The notes beneath the pieces were generated by a model. The model was given only the letters and a program-made list of their open reading frames with translations, did not search any database and was not told the DNA's origin. From positions 121,150,001 to 121,214,000 of the forward strand of contig NC_045696.1 in assembly GCF_009834535.1 (NCBI RefSeq): DNA of 64,000 bases, given 5' to 3'. The position numbers and the translations under genes were made by a program. Positions 26,785 through 38,838 of the stretch are shown piece by piece. How positions within the stretch are numbered: the first letter of the stretch is position 1; each line of letters begins with the position of its first letter. Origin of the DNA: Camelus ferus (Eukaryota).

Positions 26785-29344
26785 AAAATGCAGCTCCTTG
26801 AAATATTCTCCTGATGTATCAGATTGAGAGTTATTACATTTTAGAAGAGATTTCAATTTTATTTTTGACATTCACATATTCTTCCTGGTAATTTAAAAAA
26901 CATATTATTAATGTCAGTTTTTAGGTATGATGGGAGGCTCCTGAGAGAAATCTTTTGCTTTTTCTAGTCATACAAGATGGGACAAGATACACATCTTGAC
27001 CTAAGTATTTATAAACTGAGACATAAAGAGAACAAAGGTAACACTTCTTGATTATCTTCCGATTTCATTAAAATTGAATACTTTGCTTCTTCCTTTAAAA
27101 TCAAAATATTATAAAACTAACTTGGTATCAGTTGTGAGAAAAACCAAATGCTTAAGTTGAGTTGTAATCAACAGCAGTGTGACACCAGTTTTTCTCTTTT
27201 TTTTAAAATGATTTCAAAAGGCAATCTACAAAACTGACAGCAGTGTCACACTTGGATACTCCCACCTATGAGGGTGCATTTTTTCTCTGCCTTGAGAGTT
27301 CCCTGCAATTTCCTTCTCACGATGAAAATGCCTCTGCTCCTAAGATGAATTGATTTAATCAACGTTTAAGGCTACTTAACTTCCTTATTCTAAAATACTA
27401 TATGCCGCATCAGTTTTTATGTATAAGGCACAAAAGCAGCAAAAGCAGTCTAGTTTCTTGGAGGAATGAATTCTTTACAGATTGAAAAAATAACACTGTA
27501 GCCCTATTATAAAAAAAAACCAATACAATCAACTCACTGTAGAATGCTTAGCTGTTTGATATTATATATTCATAGGTCTGTCTGTCTCTACCTTCTATAA
27601 CCAAGCCACCTGCAGTTTCCCTGACAGTTACTATAAGCAACAGGAAGTTTGTATATAGTTTAGTTCCAAAAATTGTTTTCCTTTCTGAACCAAAATGCTT
27701 TACTTTTAAGAATTTCAGAATTTCATTTTCACATCCTACTCTGATGAAAGGTCAAAGACAAAGTTTTTGTCTAATATGATCAATCAGAAAACAGTGGCAT
27801 CCATTAAACAGAAGAGTTACACGATTCACGTGAAGGCTGACAAACATCGACATACTTAAAAGTTCAAATATTTGACATTAAAAACAAGTTTCCAAAAATA
27901 TTACCTTGTGCTTTTAATTACTGTGGAATTATCTGAGGCCTGAAATTATTAGTCAATAAACTGTCAAGAACTAGTAGCAGATATTACAATGAAGCTTTAA
28001 TGAAAAATTAAACCATAACCAGCTAACTTCTCTAACACTCTGAGATAGTCCTACTGAGCTACAAGACCCCGGTGACTTCAACCACCACCAGTGTACTGAC
28101 CAGTATCCCCACCATTCATAGCACAACTCCATCTGGATTTGCTGTAAACACCTCAAACACACCTTTCCTCCCAGCTTCCCTTCCCCTGCACTATCCCAGG
28201 CTGGGCACAGGGCGCCACCCCGCCATGTCCCCTCCCCACACGCTTACTCCGAGTCCTTTACAATCACCACCCCTTCCAAACCCAATGCCACTGCTCTGGT
28301 GCCAAACACTTTTATCAACTCCCCCAGTGCTGAAAATCACCTCCAGAACGTCCTCCCTGCGCTGGGTTCTCCTGACTGAGTTAACCAAGATCACAGCTCA
28401 CCTGGCACTGCCCTGGTTAGAGAACTCACAAGGCTCCTCAGAGCCCCAACTCCTCAGCCCTCCATCCTGACAGCTGCCCCCTTCACCCCCTCACCACACT
28501 CCCCGGCCCCGCACCGGACCCCACAGAGATCCAGACACCATGCAGGCTCCTCCCCACGCACACAGGCTCTGCTTCTGCAGCGACCAGGCCCGCTCTCCTC
28601 CCTGGTCCTCCAGCAGCCTGGGCCTGCTGCAGTCACAGCCCTGTACCCAGATGGCGGGTTTATCAGTCCACCCTCCCACCAGCCTACACGCCCCAGAGTG
28701 GGGACAGCAAGACATAGCTCAGAAAGGAAGGCTTGGAGTCTGACTGCAGATCCACCCCTTCAGTGGGCAGCCCTGAGCGGGGGAGCTGCTTAACCTCTGT
28801 GGCTTTAGAGGCTGAAAAGGCTAATGAGACAACAAACGTTCAAGGCATAAAGGGCTTCCCTGCCTGGCAGGAAGTGCCCAAATCTGTGACAAGGAACTAG
28901 AGGGCTCACAGTAAACACGGGCCAGCTCTGACAGCTGCGTGGCCCAGGCTGCGTCCTAGCGTCCACTCACATCCATTTTATAAACAAGTTAGAATGGACA
29001 AGTGGAGACAAGCAATGCCTTAGTAAACCTAAAGATGTTTCAGGAGCCGCCAGTAAAAACCATCACTGTTTCTAGGAAGGTATTCTCTGCTTTCAACATT
29101 CAATAGAGAATACTAACTGCAGATTTTTCACATTTAAACTACAAACGTGGCATTCTATTTGTATTCTACTTGGGAAATATGCTTTATTTAAAAAAAATCT
29201 GATGTGGGTTCATATACAGCTTTCTCCCCAACAGTCAGAACCGCTTCTAGTACATACAAAATTAACCCTCACATCCTGTTGGTGCCAAGAGTTGAGACAA
29301 TTTAGAAAAACAATGAAATTAAACAGCAAAATAACCAAATAGCT

Positions 29345-29560
29345 ACCACCTGTTCAGTGTCTGTTACATGCCAAGCACATAGGAAAAATCTCATATAATC
29401 CTGGTAACAAACCTCTTATGTAAGTAGCATTTTTATCCCCATTTTACATCTGGGCAAATACTGCAGCTTAGAGGGTGAAGTCACTTGTTCCAGACAGTGA
29501 AAGGAGATACAGGAACAAAGTCGAAGTCCCCCAGGCTCTGGGCTCCATGGCTCTGCCAGA
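29345..29560 (-). mobile_element. MIR fragment
   Basis: ttatccccattttacat...gaagtcacttgttcc, antisense MIR core. Confidence 0.6.
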
Positions 29561-29709
29561 CTGCCTGCCCCCAAATCCATAACTTAACCTCCTGGACAAA
29601 TACCAGTCTGTGGCTATGGAATAGCCTCAAAACTTAAATACAGAATCTCAAAGAACTCAGATCTGAAACTCATGAAATGTACTATTCTAGGAATGAAAAT
29701 GTATCTTAC

Positions 29710-29808
29710 ATGGAAACGTGATACAGTTTTTCCTCCTACAGTTAGAGCTGCCATTTTTCCATTATAATTTTCCTTTGGAGTATATTTTAGGACGTGACAG
29801 TCTTGCAC
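29710..29808 (-). CDS. MRPL3: MRPL3 exon 4 (99 nt; [33 protein letters not shown])
   Basis: Acceptor ttgtttctttAG, donor CAT|GTAAGA; phase 0/0; matches the known protein. Confidence 0.97.
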
Positions 29809-30130
29809 CTAAAGAAACAAACAAAAAAAAACAACGAAGTATGCACTGAGATACATTTTAATATTACACACCAGCCACACGAGGCCCTAGGACAATAAGG
29901 AATCCCCTAAAGTTTTTTTTTAATCTCATCATCTCTCTAAAACCAACCACAATCTGAAAATACAGAAATAACCTTAAGACAATTGTCAAATACAACACAT
30001 AAAGTGCATAAGCAAATGAGGATTTATAAGAAAAGTGTGCATGCAACCATTACCCATGTCAGGATGCCCCCAAAGCCCTGTCTCTTCCCAGTCACCCCTC
30101 ACTCCCATCCCTCCTCTTCCATCCCTAGAG

Positions 30131-30295
30131 CAGCGGCTCTGGAAGTGTGGTCCCAGACAAGCTGCATCAGCATCCCCTGGGCACCTGGAGAAACACAGGC
30201 TCTTCGGCTCAGCTGAGACCTGCTGACTGAGAGCCCCTGTGACTGTAAGGCCTCCAGGTGGCTCTGAGCCGTACTCAAGTCTGAGAAGCACCGCT
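30131..30295. mobile_element. MER5A-like hAT-Charlie MITE
   Basis: cagcggctctggaagtgtggtcc...gcatcagcatcccctggg...caagtctgagaagcaccg. Confidence 0.7.
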
Positions 30296-31633
30296 CTGAA
30301 GCAGCCGCTGTGACCCCGCTACTGTCGACGCCGATGGCTCTCACGACCTTTATAATCACCACCCCTTGAAAGCGCTGCATTATGATGCAGGTCTGCGCGG
30401 CTGGCTCGGACCTTCCCCTAAGTGGACGCAGGTCGTATGGACTTGTCCACGTTTCCCTGCTTTCACTCAAGATCCCACCTGCAGGGCTCACCCGTACTGC
30501 CGGGTGCTCCGTCTCCCCTGCCATCCAGCATTCTGTTACCTAAGCAGACCACGATTCACTCACTCATCCTACCGTGACGGACACCGGGCTACTTCTGGTT
30601 TTGGAGGACTAACTACATAAACACTGCTGGGTGTCCTGGTGCTCACCAGTTCAAGTTCCCTACTAACACTCAGGCGGGGAACTGCTGGACTATAAGGTTC
30701 ACCATGTTCAACTTGACCACGGTGCTAAGCTGCTTCCTGAGGTGGCTGTTCCACTTTCAACCCCACCCGTCACTCCTGAAAGCTCCACTAGTTTCTAGTA
30801 GTTCTAGAAACCCCAATCCTTTCTTTAACCATCCCGAGTCAACAAGAAGTGCCTAAGGGCTTGCAGGCCGCCCGTGAGGCTCAGCACTGGACACACCTGG
30901 GTGCCTGAGTGCTCACTTTAACCACCACCATCTGCCTAATCACTTGTCGAAGGCGAGGCCTCCAAAATGAACCAGCCCGTCCACAGTGATTTGGGGCGTG
31001 AGGGTCTCCTAACCAGATCAGCCATCTTTCTATTGTTGGATAAAGACAAAGCAGCTCACGTTTATCTGACACTGCACACTGTTTTCAGGGCTTGACCTTC
31101 ATCATCTTGTGCACACCTCACAATAACCTTCTGAGGTGGGCCATACAGCTTCTTTCACAGAATAAAAGTGCATCTTTTACAGACAAGGCACAGTGCTCCA
31201 AGGAACACAGCCACAAAGGGACAGATCCAAGATGTGAAGTCAGGGATCTGGCCCCATGCCCCACATTCTTAAATGTGAAGTCCACCTCACCTCAAAGAAC
31301 GAAGTGCTGCTTCCACAGACAAGAGAGAGCTACATTCTGAGTTAACACAGAGCAATGGGGCTGAGATGCTCTCTGATTATGAGTTAAACTAGTCGCTCTA
31401 AAAGGAGCTGGGCTGTGACTGGTTTTATTCACTGCCCCAAGTATCCCAATGCTGCTATTGAGAAAACCACCATTCAGGCCGCTGGGAACCTGCGCTGATA
31501 CCGTCAGAAGTAAAGCTCCTTCAGTGTTTATGTCTGACGCTACCCTTTCCTTCACCACACGAAACTGCCCTTTGAGGTCTGCACAAACAGATCTTGCCAC
31601 ACAGACTCGTCATACCTCGGGTGTCTTTCTCAC

Positions 31634-31725
31634 CTGCAGTAATGTGACAGCATGCCTTTGACCATCCTTGGTCCATAAAGGCATCATGCCCAGCTTCAGC
31701 GCGATAAGGCCGACTCTCGAGGAAC
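31634..31725 (-). CDS. MRPL3: MRPL3 exon 3 (92 nt; [31 protein letters not shown])
   Basis: Acceptor ttttcattgcCAG, donor CAG|GTGAGA; uL3 N-terminal K.GM motif. Confidence 0.97.
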
Positions 31726-32623
31726 CTGGCAATGAAAACCACGTCAACAGTCACACAGCTTTTTCAGCGCTCACCAACACAATGAAACAGTATTTCCTAA
31801 ATTGTGGTTTCAATACAAAGAGCAGGCACATAAGAAACACGCTTATGGATTCAGAGTAAAACACAAAGGTTCCTCTTACAGATCTGAGTGCCTTCAACAA
31901 TGCCTGACATAACATGCTGGTCCTCAATAAATCTCTGAAGAATAAATGTAAGAGGAATGTACAAAACAAAACAGTTTATCTGATAAACACTGGTTTTAAA
32001 GCAGTGTATTCAGAGGGCAGGATAAATCCATCACTGTGCTTTGCTTTCCTAATACTAATTCATATCTAGCCTCATTAATTAGAAATGTACGACTCAAATC
32101 TTAAGAAGTTAGCTGGGGTTACAGGGAGGACACAAATGGTCGTACTGCTAAAATCTGTCGGCCTCCCCAACGACACTTAGATTTGTTGCATAAACCGATA
32201 AAGTTGCTCCACTAAGAACTCTGGCCGTGATAAGATTCAACAGTCACAATAAACCCTAACCGAAGACGATACCCTGGACAGGAAAGGCCTCATGCCTCCT
32301 GGTCCGGCCACACACTCTTCCAGCTTTTCTTCCCTGACTTATTTTATATTATTTTTCATCTAAAGAAAACAAGAACACAAGTGCAGAATGATTTTCTGTG
32401 CACCCACAAAGCAGCTTCTGGATGACCACCAGACATTCACTAAAGGTGGACCAGGATGCTGGAAACAAACCTGCAACTCAAACCAATGAAACAGACATAC
32501 TTCAGACATGAAAAAATCGTTTCAACAGATGATAAATTTATCACAAAGTCACAATGATTTTGAATGGGCCCGCCACACAGCAACTGGGCGATGAGAACAC
32601 ATTAAACACAAAATAACAAACAC

Positions 32624-32808
32624 CTGGTTCCCAAGGATGTACGGGCCACGGCTCATCCTTCAGAGGACAGAGTTTGCTTGCTAACTGGGCTTTATTTTCA
32701 TCAGAGGCCAACTGCTTAACAAACTGAACATTTTCTTCAGAAAGATGCTCATCCCACCAAGTGCCACTCTCTCCATGGAGACTTCTAACCAAAAACCAGA
32801 TGTCTGTC
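32624..32808 (-). CDS. MRPL3: MRPL3 exon 2 (185 nt; [27 protein letters not shown]...PWPVHPWEP)
   Basis: Acceptor ttatttttacAG, donor CAG|GTGTTT; peptide matches mammalian MRPL3; frame continuous with exons 1 and 3. Confidence 0.97.
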
Positions 32809-33384
32809 CTGTAAAAATAAAAATCAGACAACAAAGCACAATTTAAAAGGTTCCCCCACTTAATGTTCGGAAGGGAGGTCACATGAATTGGAAAGTGTAA
32901 TCAGGACCTTAGGAAAGGGTTTGGATTCTGTTCTAGTTTTTTCCCTGACATGCCTTATAATAACAATAATGGGGCTCATATTTTAACTGCTAATGGTTTC
33001 CCTGGAGGAAAAGTTCCTCATCTGCTCCGTGACAAACTGACATCTAACGCAGTTGTTCCTACGTCGATGAAAGAGAAGCCACTGGCCCATCTGAACAAGT
33101 ACCTGAACAGTATATATCCAGAAGAGGTGACAATGTTGGGTACTGATCTCTCCCTGATAGGCTCACCTCTCTTCCCTGCAATGACATGGCCTAGGTTCAG
33201 AGTGGCGAAGAAACTGGGTGTGCAAAATTTTAAAATCCACAGAAGACATGACCAAAGACCAGCTGAACACACCAAGAAAGACCTTAGGGGATGGAGAGCA
33301 GGAAGGAGGTGTGTAATTCTCAAAAGGAGGGTCAGAAAAGAAGTAAAGCTTTCTGTGGTCTCTTTCCCTTCCATCGACAGGTCG

Positions 33385-33520
33385 ATAGATTCAGGCTGGA
33401 GTCCCAACTTTGCACTTACTAGTTAAGTGACCTTGGGCAACTCACTTTTCTCTAAGCCTCTGTTTTATCTGCAAAACGGTATCACGCTGGAACAGTGGTC
33501 GTATCAGTAAGACGGATGAG
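33385..33520 (+). mobile_element. MIR fragment
   Basis: cacttactagttaagtgaccttgggcaactcactt...ctctgttttatctgcaaaa. Confidence 0.65.
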
Positions 33521-33754
33521 CGCAGCTCTCTCAGGTGAGGCTGCTTGAGCTACTGCGCCTAATGGACCTAACAGCATTAACGCTCACCAACCAGCAGATA
33601 ATATTATTGGTGACGCTGCCAGTCGTTAGCTCATCAGCGTTAAAAACAAACAAACATCAGTTCAGTTCTTTAAAGGGTACGGCCTTAGACAACGACCCTT
33701 ACTCTTTAGGTCTGGACGGAGCCCCCTCCTCCGCAACCCGGGGCAGAGACCTCT

Positions 33755-33958
33755 GGGCCGGGCCAGGCTAGGCCAGGCCAGGCTAGGCCAGGCCAGGCGG
33801 CAGCCCCAAGGACCAGGCCGGGTCTCTGCCCCGGGAAACAGGTCAGGCGGCTTCCCGGGGACCAGGCCGGGCCGCTGCCCAGGGACTACACTAGGCGGCT
33901 ACCCCGGGACCAGGCCGGGCCGCTGCCCCGGGGACCAGGCCAGGCGGCTGCCCCAGGG
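33755..33958. repeat. GC-rich minisatellite (about 24-bp units) preceded by (CAGGC/TAGGC)n pentamers in MRPL3 intron 1
   Basis: About 7 units alternating gaccaggccgggccgctgccc.gg and gaccaggccaggcggct.ccc.gg. Confidence 0.85.
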
Positions 33959-34006
33959 CTGCAGGTACAGGCACCACCCCCAGCCCCGACCCTCACCCGC
34001 ACACAC

Positions 34007-34098
34007 CTGTTCCTTGAGCCCGAGGCCGCATGCAGGCCGTCCACGCCACGGCCCAGCACCCGGGCGCCGGCCCGAGCCAGCAGCCTCCAAGCTGGCAT
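34007..34098 (-). CDS. MRPL3: MRPL3 exon 1 coding part (92 nt; mitochondrial presequence MPAWRLLARAGARVLGRGVDGLHAASGSRN)
   Basis: Kozak-like gccacgccATG at 34098 inside a CpG island; donor AG|GTGTGT; Arg/Leu/Ala-rich N-terminus resembling human MPGWRLL...; phase 2 matches exon 2. Confidence 0.95.
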
Positions 34099-34689
34099 GG
34101 CGTGGCCGCTACTCTTCCGGGAGCCCGCTGCTCCGCGCTCAGGGCGTCCCCGCGCCGGCGTCCCCGTCCGCGGAGCCCACCAGAGCCGTCCCGCCGCGTC
34201 CCGCCGGTGCCCTCCGGGACAGAAGAAGAACTGCCGGAGCCACTTCCGGTCCGTTCGCTTGCGCTCCGGGCGCCGGACCCGCCCCGGGAACTAGAGTTCC
34301 ACCTCTGGAACAGTCCTACTTCGGATGGGAGTCGGGCTGGGGAGACGGGGTCTGCCTGACTCTTCTCTACGGGGTTGGGAAAAGGGGAGGCTCGGCGTTT
34401 CAACTTTAGAAGAATAAGGCGACCCTGGGACGGGCTCTCTAAGGAAGCGAAATCATTTCGAAATGACTCCTGTTGTGGGGCAGCTCATTGTACTAAGCAG
34501 CGCTTGACAGTTTATTGGTTTACGTTCAGAATAGCCCCGAACGGAAGTTGTTTTTAGATAACAAATGAGGGAACACAGAGACCTAGAATTTTGGTGCTAG
34601 TCCAAAATAGCACCGCTGGCACACGGGCAGAGTCGGGGCTGAATCAGGGCTGGTATGTGCTAATAGAATATGGACCCGTAGATGATGTG

Positions 34690-35009
34690 TGACTTTCAGG
34701 GCCGGGCCATAAAAGGCATTGCTTCTCTGTCTTGGTGTCTTGGATGGCTCCCTGGGGGGGAAACCAGCGTCATGTCCTGCAGTCGGCCCATGTGAGGAGG
34801 AGTCAACTCTCCAGCTAGGAGTGAGCCAGGTAGTAAGTGGTTCCTCCAGTCCCATGCAACTCATGAAAGACTTTTAGCCTCAACCATCCAGCCAGGGACC
34901 TCACGGGTTCTTGACCAGAAGAAACTGCCAGAGAGAATAAATGATTGCTCTTACTTTGAGTCACTAAGTTTTAGAACGATTTGTGATGCAGCAATAGATG
35001 CCTAATACA
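34690..35009 (+). mobile_element. MaLR (MLT1-type) solo LTR next to the MRPL3 promoter
   Basis: Typical MLT1 3' end aataaatgattg...ctaagtttt...tttgtgatgcagcaatagatgcctaataca. Confidence 0.75.
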
Positions 35010-36511
35010 CCTTCTGTATAAATAAAGCCTTTGCCTGAGTCCCAGAGCCAGCCTAATCACCATGTGTGTGTCTTGGGCGTTCGTTCTATTACTCCAAAAG
35101 CTTGTTTCCTTCTTTGTCATATGGGTGTTTGTAGAAATTTTGGAAATAAGAACTTAAAAGTTTAGCTATTTCAACACCCTCATTTTATTAGAGATCTGGT
35201 TAGCCTGGCTTAAAAAGTCCAGGCAATGGTCAACTTCTGGTAACTTCTTGGACTTCAAAATCTTTGCTTTGCCTGCTCTGCCAATCCACCAATTGCTGTT
35301 GCAGTTACCGTGGACACCTAACAATAACACTTTGGGTGTTGGAGGAAAAATGACATCTCTTCTTCCTAGCCACAACACCTGGCTTCCCAGTTACTTGAGA
35401 ATAGCCCTTTATTGAACAAGCATGTTCTAGGTGTGCTGCATGCAACAAGCCAGGGGAAAAAAAGACTTGCCTACTACTGCCCTTGGCTAGCATGTCTTGT
35501 GCAGAGAGTGCGCTGTACTGTGTGCTCAGTATAGTGGAAGACCATCAGTCAGGGACGACCAGAAGCACACCTGAACCCAAACAAGGTTAAGTTCAGTTAG
35601 CCTGCTACAGGGAGAGAGAGCAGACACCTGAGGACGTCTCTGTCCTAGTGAGTTACAAGATCTGGACTCATGCTAGGTTATTTCAAGGTGGCACCAGGGA
35701 AACAGGGACTTGCTCTGAAATCTGTGTTATCAAGCAGCAAGAACAATTCAGCAATTGGGCATCACCATAATTCTGTTCTGGGGGCAAAGAGGACAAAGTG
35801 AAACCAATGAGGATGTTGGTGAGGAAACAGAACTCAGTCAGGAGAAGGCACTGTTAGTCATTTTGTAGCTTTGGTGTGACCTGGGGTGTGGTCTGTTAGA
35901 AACATCCTATTGACCTCCCACTATAAACACTAGATTCATTTTCACTCTTTCATTATATTTCCTCAATCTTTATAATAACCCCACGTGGTAATACTAAAAG
36001 TATCTTCATTTCACAGTTCATAAAATAAGCACAGAGAGGTTACACAACTTAAAGAAGTTCACTCAGCTTGTAAGGGCCACAGAGCATGTGCTCTGAGCCG
36101 TTTTGTTTCCTAAGTTCTCTATGACAAATATGTTACCTCCCTTGCATTGGAATTCCTCTATAAGTGCATCTGAAAATCGACTTTGAAGACTTAGAGCTTC
36201 TAAATTACTGATTTGATTTTTCCATAAAGTCACTCAAATGACAGGAGATTAAAATACTTCTCTCCTACATTGCTATCTGCAGAACACCAGATATTACGGA
36301 TGCTAGATTGCATCTCAACGTTAAAACTTTGCTGATAGATATCCTTTTAAAAATCATGAAAATTCTGTGTGTAAAGACAGAGGTGAATTGCAGATGTCAA
36401 ATGGTCCTGCCATTTGGTTAATGGCACTAGGCAGCATTTATGTAATAACTAATGACAAATTCATATATAAAATAACATTTGCTTTGCAGTTAAATAAAAA
36501 AAAGGGAGGCA

Positions 36512-36660
36512 GGGGAAGGGTATAGCTCAAGTGGTAGGGCGCAGGCTCAGCACACAAAAGGTCCTGGGTTCAATCTCCGGTACCTCCTACAAGCAGAAAT
36601 CAATGAATAAACCGAATTACCTCGCCTTCATAAAACAAACAATATAACAACAAAAAAGAG
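36512..36660 (+). mobile_element. Vic-1-like SINE
   Basis: ggggaagggtatagctcaagtggtag...gtcctgggttcaatctccggtacctcc. Confidence 0.88.
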
Positions 36661-37334
36661 GAAAATTAGTAAGTGAACATCCCACACACAGCGGTCTGTC
36701 AGGGTTGAGGAGGTGGCTATTCAGTCTAACCTTTGCCCTTGGTGCCAAATCTCTCCTAATCCTTGAGTTAGTGACATCCTTAGCAGGGGCTACTGCTGAA
36801 CTGAATCAAAGCAAACCATGCTTTGTCTGCTGTCACACAGAACACATCTCCTGGTTGCCAGCTGGGTCTGGGATGTTTCATCTTCCTTGATTTAGTCACT
36901 ACTGTATGCTGCAGGTTGACAAGGACCAGCCCAGCTCCCGAGGGACCTAGCTGGGGCTGCTTTAGGGCTCAGGCACTGAGCTCAGCCTCCCCCTCACTTC
37001 TGATGTCATCCTTCAGAGACTACCCTGGACCCTGGGATCCTGGTACCACCTAGTCTCTCTGGGACTTTTCTCATTGGAACAAAGATAACCTCCATTATCT
37101 CTTCTTAGCACTACAGTTCTATAATTCTTACCCCTCTAATCCAGACCAAAAGTTGCTATGATAAATGTCCTCTTTACTAGAGAAAACATTAGGAATAGAT
37201 TGACTCCTGAATTTCTAAAGCCATCTCCAACCAAGGGTTTATTTCAAACTACTTTTTCATACATTCCTGCCTTTAATCCCTTCAGTTAGTTCTTATAATG
37301 TTTGCAATACATCTCGTTTGGAAAAGTCCTGAAA

Positions 37335-37640
37335 TACTTACATGTGGTCTCGCCACGTGGCTTCTTGGGCTTCCTCTCAACATGATGGTTGGACTCCAAG
37401 AGCAAGCATCCCAGGAGAACCAAGATGTAGGCTGTGTTACCTTTTATGACCTAACCTCAGAAATCACATGGTATTACTTCACTTCAGACACCAGCTGGCC
37501 CATGTTCAAGGTGCAGACTCACCTTGGCAAGACAGCCTCATGCCACAATGTGAACATGGCAGATTCACGCTGTGAGAAGGGCACACGGGGCGGGAGACAT
37601 GGAAACAGCGACCTTTAGGAAGTATAATCTGCTGTAAACA
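37335..37640. mobile_element. MaLR (MLT1-type) LTR fragment
   Basis: ttgggcttcctctcaacatg...ccaagagcaagcatccca...ttttatgacctaacctcagaaatcaca. Confidence 0.65.
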
Positions 37641-38838
37641 CCGTGGGCGTGTCCACATGAAAGGACAGGACTGCATTGGGGAAGTTGCAGGGATTGATCA
37701 ATTGCTGACCATCGTGACGCCTCTGCCCTGTAAAAATGTTTCAGATGATGGCTGGCTGGTTTACAGGGAAGAAAGTAAGATTTATTCCAGACTTCCTTCT
37801 GCATCCCAGAGCAGCTTCCTGGTAAATATCTAGAATTTCCTCTATTCGGAGAGACAACGGCCAGGCTTGGACTGTCTGTGCCCAGGAAGGCTTGAACGTG
37901 ACCCAGCGTGAACAACACATTCTGGGGCAGAAGAGGACACTGACCATCACATGCAGTGAGCCCTGACCCGAGTGCCCTTCTAACAGTGCCTGTGCCCCCT
38001 AGTGACATGGACTGGGCAGCTGAGGTGGGTCCAGGAGGAGAAGCGGCCAACTGCAAGGGGCAGGGGTGCACCACAGGCTGCTGAGGGTCAGGCAGTGACA
38101 GCGGCTCCTCCCTCTATGGTATTTAGACTGCAACCAGGCTGAGCAGGATTGTCATGGCAACTTGCCTGTCTGCACCGCTGAGCTGAGACAGGATTCCCTT
38201 AGTAACGGGGAGCCCCGGAGATGATGCTTAAAATAATCTTCTATGCCTAGGCAGAATGCCTTTGCGGTTTTATTAACCATGAAGCATCCTGGGGCATGAC
38301 TTTCACTCCCACTTTATTTCAAAATGGAACAAAATGGCTTTTTTAAAGCAGGAATTTCCACCCAGGGCCAAATGCTGTCTTGGCTGCACAAAGCACACAT
38401 CCTGCTGAAATCAATGTGTATCACCCTCAGGTTTCAGAGAGGAGCTGCTATTCACTATTATATAAATTATGTTCAAATAGGCCGGGCGATCTCTGGCTGA
38501 AATCACTGGGCCTCATCTAATCTGTTTTCTATTTCCCACTGATGTCCCAGACAGTCTCTCAGTAGAGCAAATATTTATGCTTGGCAAGAGTTTAACACCT
38601 GGGCCATTTAGCCTGACAGTTTTTTCACATCTGATGCCCTCCCTGCTCACACCAGCTGTCCAATTTTCCCTCGTCTCCAAGGCCTGCCCCCTCCCTGAGG
38701 ACCCCCTCATAGCCGCTGGCCCTAGTTGTTAATTCCTCTCCTCTCTTAGCACTGACCTTACGTGTGTGTGTTCTTGTTGTGTTTTCTTTTCTTTTATTGT
38801 TAGTGAAGACCTTCCAGCTTATAAACCAGGCCTTTTTG

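Larger units (their letters stand above)
33720..34400. promoter_or_regulatory. CpG-island promoter of MRPL3
   Basis: Very GC- and CpG-rich; spans exon 1; ETS/GABP-type ACTTCCGG at 34242-34249 and CTTCCGG near 34114; GC box cccgcccc near 34278; another CGGAAGT just outside at 34542-34548. Confidence 0.9.

Noticed and set aside
32950..33426. 158-aa plus-strand ORF in MRPL3 intron 1
   Set aside because: No recognisable homology; it ends in a MIR; its length is compatible with chance
33755..33958. CRISPR-like array
   Set aside because: Units are contiguous with no unique spacers, and the context is a mammalian intron
33993..34409. Several overlapping 65-136 aa ORFs across the MRPL3 promoter
   Set aside because: Expected in GC-rich, stop-poor CpG islands; most use non-ATG starts; only the ATG at 34098 joins the spliced MRPL3 frame
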